Shown here: piece by piece, positions 46,814-55,352 of the stretch | How the letters are laid out: each line of letters begins with the position of its first letter | Numbering within the stretch: position 1 is the first letter of the stretch | From: Lachnospiraceae bacterium | GTDB taxonomy: Bacteria; Bacillota; Clostridia; Oscillospirales; Ruminococcaceae | Assembly (NCBI GenBank): GCA_023664705.1 | Contig: JAMPFE010000001.1 | Location: 197,230-261,229 of the forward strand | Direction: 5' to 3' | Length of the DNA stretch: 64,000 nt | Translations under genes and position numbers: made by a program | The notes under the pieces: model-generated | Seen by the model: only the letters and a program-made list of their open reading frames with translations | What the model was told of the DNA's origin: nothing | The model's database searches: none

Positions 46814-47580
46814 CCGTACAAGAGCCTGTTGACCTCGCGCTGGACCTCGTAGTAGTCGTAGCCCGCCGCCGTGAGCCTGTCATAGCGCTCGTCGCCGTTG
46901 CCCCAATCGCCGCGGATGACCTCGAGCGCGACCTCCTTGACCGTTTTCTCGGGCACGGGCGCGCCGCTAGAATAGCCGTTCAGCCCCGCCGCCTTTATTA
47001 TCTTCGGGTAGTCGACGTAGCAGTAGTCTAGGTCAACGGCGCCGTTTATGCCGTCGACCTTCCCCGTCGAGGAGTATTGCCATATGCCGTAATTCCCGCG
47101 GTAGTTCAGCGTGGGATTGTATTCCGCGACCCACACGGCATAGCGGCTCGCGACGTCTCGCGAAATGTAGTGCTGAAGCGGATAGCGCGAGGTATACAGC
47201 CCCGCGAAACAGTCGTTCTCTTCAAGTTGGTTGCAGAATATCCGCACGAGATTGCTGCAAAAATCCATGCCGCGCACGAACTGCGACTGCTCCTCCAAAT
47301 CATAAAATATCGGGAAATCGAATTTTTTCCCCTTGATAATATCCAGACAAGCCCGCGCCTCCTCGTGAGCCTGCGCGCCGCTTTCGGCGTAGCTGTACCA
47401 GTAAGCCCCGACGTGCAGCCCCGCGTCCGCCGCGCCCCTGTAGTTGCGCTCGAAGTACTTGTCGGGCTCCGTGCGCGTGCCGAAGCCCGCCCGAATGATG
47501 ACGAACTTCACGCCGCTCTTCTTTACCTTTTTGAAATCTATGTCCTCCTGCCAAGAGGAAACGTCAATGCCTTTAGTCAA
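46810..47580 (-). CDS. GH25 muramidase (lysozyme) with a C-terminal CW_7 (Cpl-7-like) cell-wall-binding motif
   Basis: GIDVSSWQEDIDF...VIIRAG...YWYSY GH25 signatures. The C-terminal EVIRGDWGNGDERYDRLTAAGYDYYEVQREVNRLL matches the CW_7 repeat pattern. TTG start. Confidence 0.85.
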   Translation of the reverse strand: MTKGIDVSSWQEDIDFKKVKKSGVKFVIIRAGFGTRTEPDKYFERNYRGAADAGLHVGAYWYSYAESGAQAHEEARACLDIIKGKKFDFPIFYDLEEQSQFVRGMDFCSNLVRIFCNQLEENDCFAGLYTSRYPLQHYISRDVASRYAVWVAEYNPTLNYRGNYGIWQYSSTGKVDGINGAVDLDYCYVDYPKIIKAAGLNGYSSGAPVPEKTVKEVALEVIRGDWGNGDERYDRLTAAGYDYYEVQREVNRLLYG

Positions 47581-47588
47581 TTAAAAAA

Positions 47589-47634
47589 CCCCCTTACAAT
47601 GCATTACACTGCATTGTATGCGGGGCGTTTTTTT
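47589..47634. terminator. strong hairpin with T-runs on both strands that contains the GH25 SD
   Basis: CCCCC-TT-ACAATGCA / TGCATTGT-ATG-CGGGG, with a 9-bp perfect core at 47595-47603 / 47610-47618. TTTTTTT on the plus strand and TTTTTT on the minus strand. The minus-strand AAGGGGG SD (47589-47595) forms part of the stem. Confidence 0.6.
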
Positions 47635-47642
47635 CTTGTGAA

Positions 47643-47669
47643 CAAAAATGCGGGACAAAAGCCCCGCAT
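47643..47669 (-). terminator. intrinsic terminator after mgsA
   Basis: Minus strand: ATGCGGGGC-TTTT-GTCCCGCAT followed by TTTTTG. Confidence 0.7.
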
Positions 47670-47701
47670 CTTACCTCTTACATCCGAAACTCTTACCTCT
47701 A

Positions 47702-48097
47702 TTAGCGCATATATTCTCGCCAATCGAGATCGCCGCGTTCAAGCGCGTGGATAAGCGCCTCCGCTGTGGCGATGTTCGTCGCGACGGGAATATTGTGCAC
47801 GTCGCAAAGCCGCAGAATATTGATGTCGTTGGGCTCGTGCGAGCGCGGATTAAGCGGGTCGCGGAAAAACACCAAAAGGTCTATCTCGTTGCAGCTTATG
47901 CTCGAAGCGAGCTGCTGGTCTCCCCCCTGAGAGCCGCTCAGAAAGCGCTGAATATGAAGCCCCGTGGCCTCGGAAACAAGCTTTCCCGTCGTGCCGGTAG
48001 CGCAAATGTTGTATCTGCTAAGAATGCCGCAGTAGGCAATACAAAACTGAACCATAAGCTCCTTCTTGGAATCGTGAGCAATAAGAGCAATGTTCAT
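47702..48097 (-). CDS. mgsA: methylglyoxal synthase
   Basis: MNIALIAHDSKKELM...ATGTTG...GGDQQ...DPL, canonical MgsA. Confidence 0.93.
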   Translation of the reverse strand: MNIALIAHDSKKELMVQFCIAYCGILSRYNICATGTTGKLVSEATGLHIQRFLSGSQGGDQQLASSISCNEIDLLVFFRDPLNPRSHEPNDINILRLCDVHNIPVATNIATAEALIHALERGDLDWREYMR

Positions 48098-48134
48098 TTA
48101 CCAAACCCCTCCTTGTCCATTGCGGTATGTAATA

Positions 48135-48872
48135 TCAGTCGATCTTGATGGAAAGCGGAACGTCCTGCCCGTCAATGCGCTTCGCAATGGACGAATACGC
48201 CTTAAATCCGCCGCATGTCGGCGGCAGAGCGTCGCCCTTCGCGCCGCATATCTTGATGTTCACGTCCTCGGGCACAACGCCGATAAGCGGGATACCCACC
48301 GCGTCCATAACCTCGTCGAGGTCGTACAGAATATCCTCGTTCTTGAAATTCTCGCTCACCTTATTGATGATAAGGCGCTGATTGATGCAGTTCTTCACAT
48401 ACAGGAAGTCGGACAGCATCTGCCCGTCGCGCACACACACGGTGTCGGGCGTAGTTACCATAAGAATAAGGTCGGCAGCCTTGATAACGCTGAAAACCGA
48501 GCTCCCGATACCCGCCGTGTCGACGATTATGTAGTCGAAATGCTCGCGCATCTCCTCGCACACGCCCATTATCTTCTCGGGATTGATATCGATAAACGGA
48601 TTCCTCGTCGCGCACACAAGGGACAAATTCGGCACGCGGTCCACCTTTGTGGTGGCCGTCAGAATATCGATCTTCCCCTCAAGATATTCGCCAATATCGT
48701 GCTTTACCTTGTCCTTCATACCCAGCATGATGTCTAAGCAGCGCAAGCCGAAATCCAGCTCCACGAGCAGCGTCTTGTGCCCGAGAGTCGCGAGCCCCGT
48801 CGCAACGTTCGCGGAGGTCGTAGACTTGCCCGTGCCCCCCTTGCCTGCCGTAACCGCAATGATCTGTGACAT
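48135..48872 (-). CDS. minD: MinD-like ParA/MinD-family ATPase (no C-terminal membrane-targeting helix seen)
   Basis: Deviant Walker A GKGGTGKST. MinD-like throughout (VELDFGLRCLD, IIVDTAGIG). Ends at ...IAKRIDGQDVPLSIKID. Confidence 0.8.
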   Translation of the reverse strand: MSQIIAVTAGKGGTGKSTTSANVATGLATLGHKTLLVELDFGLRCLDIMLGMKDKVKHDIGEYLEGKIDILTATTKVDRVPNLSLVCATRNPFIDINPEKIMGVCEEMREHFDYIIVDTAGIGSSVFSVIKAADLILMVTTPDTVCVRDGQMLSDFLYVKNCINQRLIINKVSENFKNEDILYDLDEVMDAVGIPLIGVVPEDVNIKICGAKGDALPPTCGGFKAYSSIAKRIDGQDVPLSIKID

Positions 48873-49073
48873 AATATTCCCCTCTCAGCCGCGGCGGCAA
48901 AGCGTTTTTCCGAAGCTCCGCCGCCAAGCAACAGTAATAAAAATACTCTATCTACATTTTAGCACAAAATCCTCGATATGAAAAGAGTTTTTTTCTATAT
49001 TAACAAAATTTCGTGAAATTACCGAGTTTTGTGGTATGTTTTTTGTGCATTTTAACGAACAAAAACAATGAAA

Positions 49074-49106
49074 CGCCGAACGGGATTTTCATCGTCCCGT
49101 TCGGCG
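49074..49106 (-). terminator. intrinsic terminator after the PBP2 gene
   Basis: CGCCGAACGGGA / TCCCGTTCGGCG, a 12-bp stem. The minus strand follows with TTTCATTGTTTTTG. Confidence 0.75.
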
Positions 49107-49121
49107 CAAAAATTTTCGATA

Positions 49122-51197
49122 TTACAGTATGGTTTTCGGCAGCCCCTTCTCGTCGTAGTTGGTGGAAATTTTCCCCGTAACGTAGGCTTGTATAACGTTC
49201 GCCGCGAGGACCTTCGTAAACTCGCCCTTTTCCAGATACAGCCCGAAAGCTATCTCGGGGTCGTCCGCGGGATAAAAGCCTATCAGCGCGGAGTTGTACA
49301 CGTCCTCGGCAGCCTGCGGCGTTCCCGTCTTAACGGCAACGTTCTCCTTGCCGACGCCCACGTAGTCGAACGGGCTCACCCACCCCGCCCCGTCAATGGT
49401 GAAATTCACCTGCGTCGACGCGACGAGCTTCATTCCGTCCCGAATGGCGGCCATATATTTGTCCATATCGGGCTCCTTCGAGAAATCCTCCGCAACGGCG
49501 GGCTCCTTGTCGTACAGCTTCTCTGTAAAATCGTAGTTGTACACGGACTTCACGATATGCGGCTCCAGCCTCACGCCGTTGTTCGCGATAGTCATCGCCT
49601 GCACCGCGAGGTGCATCGGCGTAAGCGCCGTCTCGCACTGCCCTATTCCCGCCTGTATAATATTGCCCTCATACCACTCGTAGTTATTTTCCTCGAACAG
49701 CTCCATGGAGCTCATCTGCCCGAGGTTCATGTTCAGCTCGAAGCCGAGGTCCTTCCCCACGCCGTATCTCTCCGCCCAGTACGCCAGCCTGTCGATGCCG
49801 AGCCTCCGCGCCGTCTCGTAGAAGAAGATGTTGCAGGAATACTGCAGCGCCGTCCTCACGGGGATAAACCCGTGAGTTCCAAGACAGGACGGCGTATACC
49901 CCGCGTAGTAGTAATACGTCCCCGTGCAGTTTATCGTGTCCGTCGGGGAAATGACCTTCTCCGCCAGCCCCGCCGTCGCCGTAATGGTCTTGAACGTGGA
50001 GCCCGGGCGGTATTCCCCGAACAGCGCCCTGTTCAGCAGCGGTCCGTCCGGGCGGTTCAGCACCTCGTTGTAGTCCTTCAGCAGGTCGTTGATGTCATAG
50101 TTCGGGAAAGTCGCAGCCCCCAGCAGCCCCCCCGTCTTTACGTCCAGCACCACGATAGCCCCCGCCTTGCAGCCCTTTCCGCGCAGCGTCGCGTCGTAGT
50201 AGGTCGTGTAATACGGCGAGTTCAGATATTCAATATGATATTTCAGCGCGTCCTGCAAAAGCGACTGATACTCCGCGTCGACCGTCAGCATGACCGATTT
50301 CCCCGCCACGGGCTCCTTCGTCACCTCGTCCGTCAGGCTCACGCCGTCGGCGCTTCTCGTTATGGTACGCACCCCGCGGATACCCCGGAGCTCGTCCTCA
50401 AGCGCCTGCTCCGTCCCGTCCAGCCCGATAACGTCGTTCAGCAAATACCCGCTGTCCTTCAGCACAGCGTATTTCTCCGCGGAGATAGCCCCCACGGTGC
50501 CCCTCAGATGCGCGGCGATATCCCCGTCGAGGTACTCCCGCTCCCAACTCTCGGTGATGTCCACCCCGGGCAGCAGCGCGCCGAGCTCCTTAAGCTCCAG
50601 CACGGTGTCCTCCCCGATGTCGCCCGCCAGCACAAACTTGGAATTGAGCTGCGAAAAATCCTTGACGACCATTTCATACCGCACGCCCGCAATGGCGCGG
50701 CGCATTTTCTCGCCGTACTTCTCGTCGATGCCGTACTGGTCGTAAAGCTGATAAACACAGTTCTCCACGGTCGCGTAGCTCCCTATGTTCAGCCGCTCCT
50801 TCAGCGTCTCAACGGCAGCCTCCCGCCCCGCGTCGAACGAATAAGGCTCGCTTCTGCTTATCGGCAGCGAGTCGTTCCATTCCTCGCCGTTCTTTTCCAG
50901 CACGGTCAGCACGCGGTAGATGATCTCGTTCTCCGTGCCCTTTTCCAGCGAGAAAAACTGAAAATTTATGCTGTAAACTATCTTGTTTGTATTCAGCAGC
51001 TTTCCGTTCGCGTCGACGATCTGCCCTCTCGCTGCCTCTATATCCTGCTCGGTAACGGTGCTCTGCTTCGTCATATTCAGATACCCCGCCCCGTCGACAA
51101 GCTGCATCTTCAGCAGCCTCAGCCCGCACAAAAACGAGATAACGATAACGACCGCCGCCATGACCATCGACCGAATAAAAGAAGAAATCTTAGACAT
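49122..51197 (-). CDS. mrdA: penicillin-binding protein 2 (class B transpeptidase)
   Basis: PBP dimerisation and transpeptidase domains (STFK, SCN, KTGT motifs present), located 3' of mreBCD. The ATG at 51197 has a GAGG SD. Confidence 0.9.
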   Translation of the reverse strand: MSKISSFIRSMVMAAVVIVISFLCGLRLLKMQLVDGAGYLNMTKQSTVTEQDIEAARGQIVDANGKLLNTNKIVYSINFQFFSLEKGTENEIIYRVLTVLEKNGEEWNDSLPISRSEPYSFDAGREAAVETLKERLNIGSYATVENCVYQLYDQYGIDEKYGEKMRRAIAGVRYEMVVKDFSQLNSKFVLAGDIGEDTVLELKELGALLPGVDITESWEREYLDGDIAAHLRGTVGAISAEKYAVLKDSGYLLNDVIGLDGTEQALEDELRGIRGVRTITRSADGVSLTDEVTKEPVAGKSVMLTVDAEYQSLLQDALKYHIEYLNSPYYTTYYDATLRGKGCKAGAIVVLDVKTGGLLGAATFPNYDINDLLKDYNEVLNRPDGPLLNRALFGEYRPGSTFKTITATAGLAEKVISPTDTINCTGTYYYYAGYTPSCLGTHGFIPVRTALQYSCNIFFYETARRLGIDRLAYWAERYGVGKDLGFELNMNLGQMSSMELFEENNYEWYEGNIIQAGIGQCETALTPMHLAVQAMTIANNGVRLEPHIVKSVYNYDFTEKLYDKEPAVAEDFSKEPDMDKYMAAIRDGMKLVASTQVNFTIDGAGWVSPFDYVGVGKENVAVKTGTPQAAEDVYNSALIGFYPADDPEIAFGLYLEKGEFTKVLAANVIQAYVTGKISTNYDEKGLPKTIL

Positions 51198-51237
51198 AAC
51201 AAACCTCAAAAAAATACGCCGCCGCAGGCGGCGCTCC

Positions 51238-51271
51238 GAAACTGTCAACTGTCAATTGTACACTGTCAACT
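51238..51271. repeat. solo GTTGACAGT-type arm between mreD and the PBP2 gene
   Basis: AAACTGTCAACTGTCAATTGTACACTGTCAAC is nearly the reverse complement of the left arm of element C (GTTGACAGTTGACAGTGTACAGTTGACAGTT). It is flanked by two small GC hairpins. Confidence 0.6.
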
Positions 51272-51296
51272 TTTTCTGCTTCGGCGCAGCCGAAGT

Positions 51297-51902
51297 TTAG
51301 TCTTTCTCTTTGAACTCCGACTCCTCCGCGCTCTGCGCGGACTCCTCCAGCCGCCTCTGCTCCTTGGGACGCAGCTTGTTCACGATAAGCGTGATAAGGA
51401 AATACACGGGTATCGAATAAAACACAGCCCCCCCGTAGGACGGCAGAATAACGCCCGTAAACGAGATAACGCTGTCCGCGCCCTCCCACATGCAGTGCAA
51501 AAACAGAAAATCCATAGCCGCCATTATCACGGAGACCGCCGCGTTTACGATAAAATGGCTTATAAACGTAACCTTTATCCAGAACCTCGACATCAGCGAA
51601 ATAAGCGGACAAGCGCACAGCAGCCACAGTGAGGAAAACCCCGCCACCGTAACGCCGTTCGCGATGTCCAGCATAAGCCCGCAGAACACGCCGAAAACGC
51701 CCGCCGCAAGGTCTCCCTCGTACATCGCCACGGCGGTCGCCAGCGGTATCAGCAGCAGCGGACAGTATCCCCGTATCAGCGGATTGCACTCAAAAAGATA
51801 AAACACCAGCAGCGCCGCCGCATAAAGCCCCCACCTTGCCGCGCCGCGCAGCATCGCCCTGCGCGAGCGCGCCTTTCCCGAAACCTTCTTCCTCAGATCC
51901 AC
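51297..51902 (-). CDS. mreD: rod shape-determining protein MreD
   Basis: Polytopic membrane protein directly 3' of mreC. It has an acidic C-terminal tail. Confidence 0.8.
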   Translation of the reverse strand: MDLRKKVSGKARSRRAMLRGAARWGLYAAALLVFYLFECNPLIRGYCPLLLIPLATAVAMYEGDLAAGVFGVFCGLMLDIANGVTVAGFSSLWLLCACPLISLMSRFWIKVTFISHFIVNAAVSVIMAAMDFLFLHCMWEGADSVISFTGVILPSYGGAVFYSIPVYFLITLIVNKLRPKEQRRLEESAQSAEESEFKEKD

Positions 51903-51904
51903 GG

Positions 51905-52768
51905 CTACTCTCCGATCTCAAACGGAATACCCTTTCCGTTGAAGTCCGTGATAACGAACGCCATTGTCACACTCTTCACGTCCTCCGCGGGCTGTATAAG
52001 CGCGTGCTTTGAGAGCCCGTTCGGGTCGTCGTACACCTCCGTAACGGTGCCGACCATTATATCCGCGGGGAACAGCCCGCTCTTGCCCGACGTGAAAACA
52101 ACGTCCCCCTCCTTGATATCCGCGTCCTTAAGTATATCGCTCATCAAACACATTCCCTTTGAGGCGGACTCTATGTTGTTTTCGATAACGCCCGTGGTCT
52201 TGGAGCGCATCGTATACACCCCGACGTTCACCTCGGGGCTGATAATGGTAGTAACTCTCGCGTAGTTCGCGGCAGTCCTCGTCACTCTCCCGACAAGCCC
52301 CACGGAGGTTATCACGGGGTCGTTCTCCGAGATACCCCCGCTCTCCCCGATGTTGACGGTAAAGCCCCCGTAGATGTCGTTGGCGTTTCTCGCGATAACG
52401 TCGCACGGCTCCGAGAATTGATAGTCCTCGTTCTTCTGTTTCAGCTCCAGCATCTCCCGCAGGCGCTCATTCTCGGCTTTAAGCTCCTCGTAGTCCATGG
52501 TCTGCTTGTACATCTCGCTCAGCTGCGCGGAGAGCTCGTCGTTCTCGGACTTGTACTTGTCCGCGTTCACCAGCTTGTCGATAAAGCCCGAGACCCCGTC
52601 GGCAATGCCGTTTGCGGCGGAAACGAACGGATAAGTGACCGTGCCGATTATCTGCTCGGGAGCCGTCTCCTTTCCGAGCGTCACCGCCACATAGGTCATA
52701 AGCCCCAGCAGCAGCGCGCCTATGCAGATGAGAATTTTGAATTTAACGCTGTGAAAAAAATCCTTCAT
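51905..52768 (-). CDS. mreC: rod shape-determining protein MreC
   Basis: N-terminal TM helix, a coiled coil (ENDELSAQLSEMYKQ...), and beta-barrel domains (GLVGRV, GDVVFTSG). Confidence 0.9.
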   Translation of the reverse strand: MKDFFHSVKFKILICIGALLLGLMTYVAVTLGKETAPEQIIGTVTYPFVSAANGIADGVSGFIDKLVNADKYKSENDELSAQLSEMYKQTMDYEELKAENERLREMLELKQKNEDYQFSEPCDVIARNANDIYGGFTVNIGESGGISENDPVITSVGLVGRVTRTAANYARVTTIISPEVNVGVYTMRSKTTGVIENNIESASKGMCLMSDILKDADIKEGDVVFTSGKSGLFPADIMVGTVTEVYDDPNGLSKHALIQPAEDVKSVTMAFVITDFNGKGIPFEIGE

Positions 52769-52801
52769 AGTTCACCGCAAATCATAGTAAAATGTTAAAA
52801 A

Positions 52802-53821
52802 TCAGTAAATCATCTCGTCCTCGCTGAGAACGTCCTCGAGCTTGTCGATATTTTCGAGCACCTTGCCCGTCCCGTCGGCAACGCAGTCGAGCGGTCTCTC
52901 GGCAATTTTCACGGGCATGCCCGTCTCCTCGTGAATGAGCTTGTCGAGCCCGCGCAGCAGCGCCCCGCCCCCCGCGAGCATAATGCCGTTCTCGATAATA
53001 TCCGCCGCGAGCTCGGGCGGGCACTTTTCAAGCGTGGTCTTGATAGCGTCGATAACGTGCGAAAGCGGCTCGGAGATAGCCTCCCGAACCTCCTCGGAGG
53101 TGATTGTAATGTTCTCGGGCAGCCCGTTGAGCAGATTTCTGCCCTTGATGTCCATAACGGGCTCATTCTCGTCCGTCTTGAACGCCGAGCCGATGCCGGT
53201 CTTGATGTTCTCGGCGGTGCGCTCGCCTATAAGGAGATTGTACTTTTTCTTGATGTAGTTGATGATAGCGGACTCAAATTCGTCCCCCGCCACTCTCACG
53301 GAGCGCGCCGCGACGATGCCGCCCAGCGAGATTATAGCGACCTCGCTCGTGCCGCCGCCAATATCGACGATCATGCTGCCCATAGGCTCCGCGACGGGCA
53401 GCCCCGCGCCGATAGCCGCCGCCATAGGCTCCTCGATAATGGAAACGCGCTTAGCGCCCGCCTGCTGCGCCGCCTCTTTAACGGCTCTGCGCTCGACCTC
53501 GGTAACGCCCGAGGGAATGCAAATAATAACGCGCGCCTTGCCTCTGCCCTTCAGCGCCTTTTTGATGAACTGCTCCAGCATGGTCGAAGTCATGTCAAAA
53601 TCCGCGATAACGCCGTCCTTAAGCGGTCTCACGGCAACGATAGACCCCGGTGTGCGTCCGATAACGTCCTTCGCCTCCTGCCCCACATAGCGCACCTGCC
53701 CCGCCTTTTTGTCCACGGCAACGACCGAGGGCTCGCGAATGATGATGCCCTTGCCCCTCATATAAACCAGCGTGTTTGCGGTCCCGAGGTCGATACCGAT
53801 ATCCTTGCTCATTCCAAACAT
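52802..53821 (-). CDS. mreB: rod shape-determining protein MreB
   Basis: [14 protein letters not shown] and [16 protein letters not shown] actin-fold motifs. Confidence 0.96.
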   Translation of the reverse strand: MFGMSKDIGIDLGTANTLVYMRGKGIIIREPSVVAVDKKAGQVRYVGQEAKDVIGRTPGSIVAVRPLKDGVIADFDMTSTMLEQFIKKALKGRGKARVIICIPSGVTEVERRAVKEAAQQAGAKRVSIIEEPMAAAIGAGLPVAEPMGSMIVDIGGGTSEVAIISLGGIVAARSVRVAGDEFESAIINYIKKKYNLLIGERTAENIKTGIGSAFKTDENEPVMDIKGRNLLNGLPENITITSEEVREAISEPLSHVIDAIKTTLEKCPPELAADIIENGIMLAGGGALLRGLDKLIHEETGMPVKIAERPLDCVADGTGKVLENIDKLEDVLSEDEMIY

Positions 53822-54067
53822 TAAATTGTCCTCCGAAAAAATTAGTTATATAAAGTAAATTGCTTCAAGCATTATATACCAAGTTAAATTATAACATTAT
53901 TTTCACCAACTTTCAATATAATATTTATCTTAAATTTTCCGATTTTGGAACGATTTTTTTGGCATTTTAACGGAAAGCGGCTCTCCGCATGTCTCAAATT
54001 AGTTAGCACCGCAAATCCCAGATTTTAACATAAAATAACAATATTTCCAAATATTTACAGCCCGAAA

Positions 54068-54135
54068 CTGCAATTAACCGCAAATAACTGCAAAACGGCT
54101 GCAAAAAACTGCACGCCGGCTGCAAAAAGCTGCAA
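54068..54135. repeat. seven helically phased CTGCAA(A) repeats
   Basis: CTGCAA, CCGCAA or CTGCAC at 54068, 54078, 54088, 54099, 54109, 54120 and 54130, spaced 10-11 bp. Most are followed by A-tracts. Two further TTGCAA copies lie at 54181 and 54203. Confidence 0.75.
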
Positions 54136-54136
54136 G

Positions 54137-54171
54137 AAAAGGGACAAATCCGCCCCGATTTGTCCCTTTTT
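54137..54171. terminator. bidirectional intrinsic terminator after the GH5 gene
   Basis: AAAAGGGACAAATC-CGCCCC-GATTTGTCCCTTTT, a 14-bp stem. Confidence 0.85.
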
Positions 54172-54221
54172 AAAAAAAAATTGCAATTTCCCAGTCAAAA
54201 ACTTGCAAAAACAGCCGTTTG

Positions 54222-55268
54222 CTATTCAAAAACGGAGCAGGTTTTCGCGGTGCTTTTAATGCCGAATTCTCCGTTGATAAGCGGCTCGCCCCAGTCCTCG
54301 GAAAGCGTCTCGCCGCCCCAATCGACGGCGATGTCGAGGTACTCGACGCCGCCCCCGTTGCCCTTCCACGACCAGCCGAGGTACCCGAGCCCGTTCTCCG
54401 TGCAGTACTGCATGATAAACGCCTCGTCAACATCGCCATCGCTGTGGTTAAATCCAAATTCCCCCACAATTGTGCACAGCTCTTGGTCGGTAACGCCCTT
54501 CAGATTGCGGGTTATCGTGCCCGCGTTCTTCCCCGCGGAGCCGTACATGTGGATAGAAAACATCGTGTTTCCGTCGGGGTCGGCGGCGAAAACCTCCGCG
54601 CCGTACTTGTGAATGCTCTCGCCGTACTGTCCCCAGCCCGCCGCGTCGACCATAATGGTGTTCTTGATGCCCGCCGCGCGCAGCCTCGCCACCGCGTCAA
54701 CGTAGCCGTCGTGCCAAGCCTCGGCGTTCCACTGCCCTATCCATTCGTTGGTGATGTTGAGTATCGCCGTGTCGGTGTATTTCGCGAGCACGTTTTTCAT
54801 CTCGATCCAGTAATCAACCGCGTGGTCGAGATAGCTGCGGTCGTCCATACCGCACGCGTCGTGAACCTCCACGACGGCTATCATTTTGCGCTTGTTGCAC
54901 TCGAGAATGGTATTTTCCAAGTCCTCGGCGGTGGTTTTCTCCCACTGGTCGCCGTCCGCGAGCACTATGCGCACGGTATTAGCGCCCGCTGCGGCGATGC
55001 CGTCGAGCGCCGTTTCGAGCTTATCCTTGAACCACACGTGCGCGTGATTGATGCCGCGCATGATGAACTCATTGCCGTTCGCGTCCAGCAGCTTGGTGCC
55101 GTCGACATGAAATCCCGCCGCGGCCTCGATCTGCACATCGCTTTCGGCAGTGCTGTCCGAAATCACGGTCGAGGTTTCCGACGGAGAGTTATTATTGACC
55201 TCGTTATTACAGCCCGTAAACAACAGGCAGAGCGACATCAGCGCCGCCGCTATGATATTTTTCCTCAT
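54222..55268 (-). CDS. secreted GH5 glycoside hydrolase, probably endo-beta-1,4-mannanase (lipoprotein signal)
   Basis: Lipobox LLFTGC. RGINHAHVWFKD, NTVRIVLADG and NITNEW (acid/base Glu) resemble GH5 mannanases. Confidence 0.78.
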   Translation of the reverse strand: MRKNIIAAALMSLCLLFTGCNNEVNNNSPSETSTVISDSTAESDVQIEAAAGFHVDGTKLLDANGNEFIMRGINHAHVWFKDKLETALDGIAAAGANTVRIVLADGDQWEKTTAEDLENTILECNKRKMIAVVEVHDACGMDDRSYLDHAVDYWIEMKNVLAKYTDTAILNITNEWIGQWNAEAWHDGYVDAVARLRAAGIKNTIMVDAAGWGQYGESIHKYGAEVFAADPDGNTMFSIHMYGSAGKNAGTITRNLKGVTDQELCTIVGEFGFNHSDGDVDEAFIMQYCTENGLGYLGWSWKGNGGGVEYLDIAVDWGGETLSEDWGEPLINGEFGIKSTAKTCSVFE

Positions 55269-55352
55269 CTGTGCTCCTTTCGCAAAACAGCGCCGCACAA
55301 GCCGCGAAACGGCTCGGAACGGCGCTGTGGTATTCCGTTTAACTTTATCGCT

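Noticed and set aside
53822-54060. A search for a clear -35/-10 promoter for mreB in the AT-rich upstream region.
   Set aside because: Several TATAAT-like hexamers occur, as expected in AT-rich DNA, but none pairs with a good -35 at 16-18 nt. I could not assign the promoter confidently by eye.
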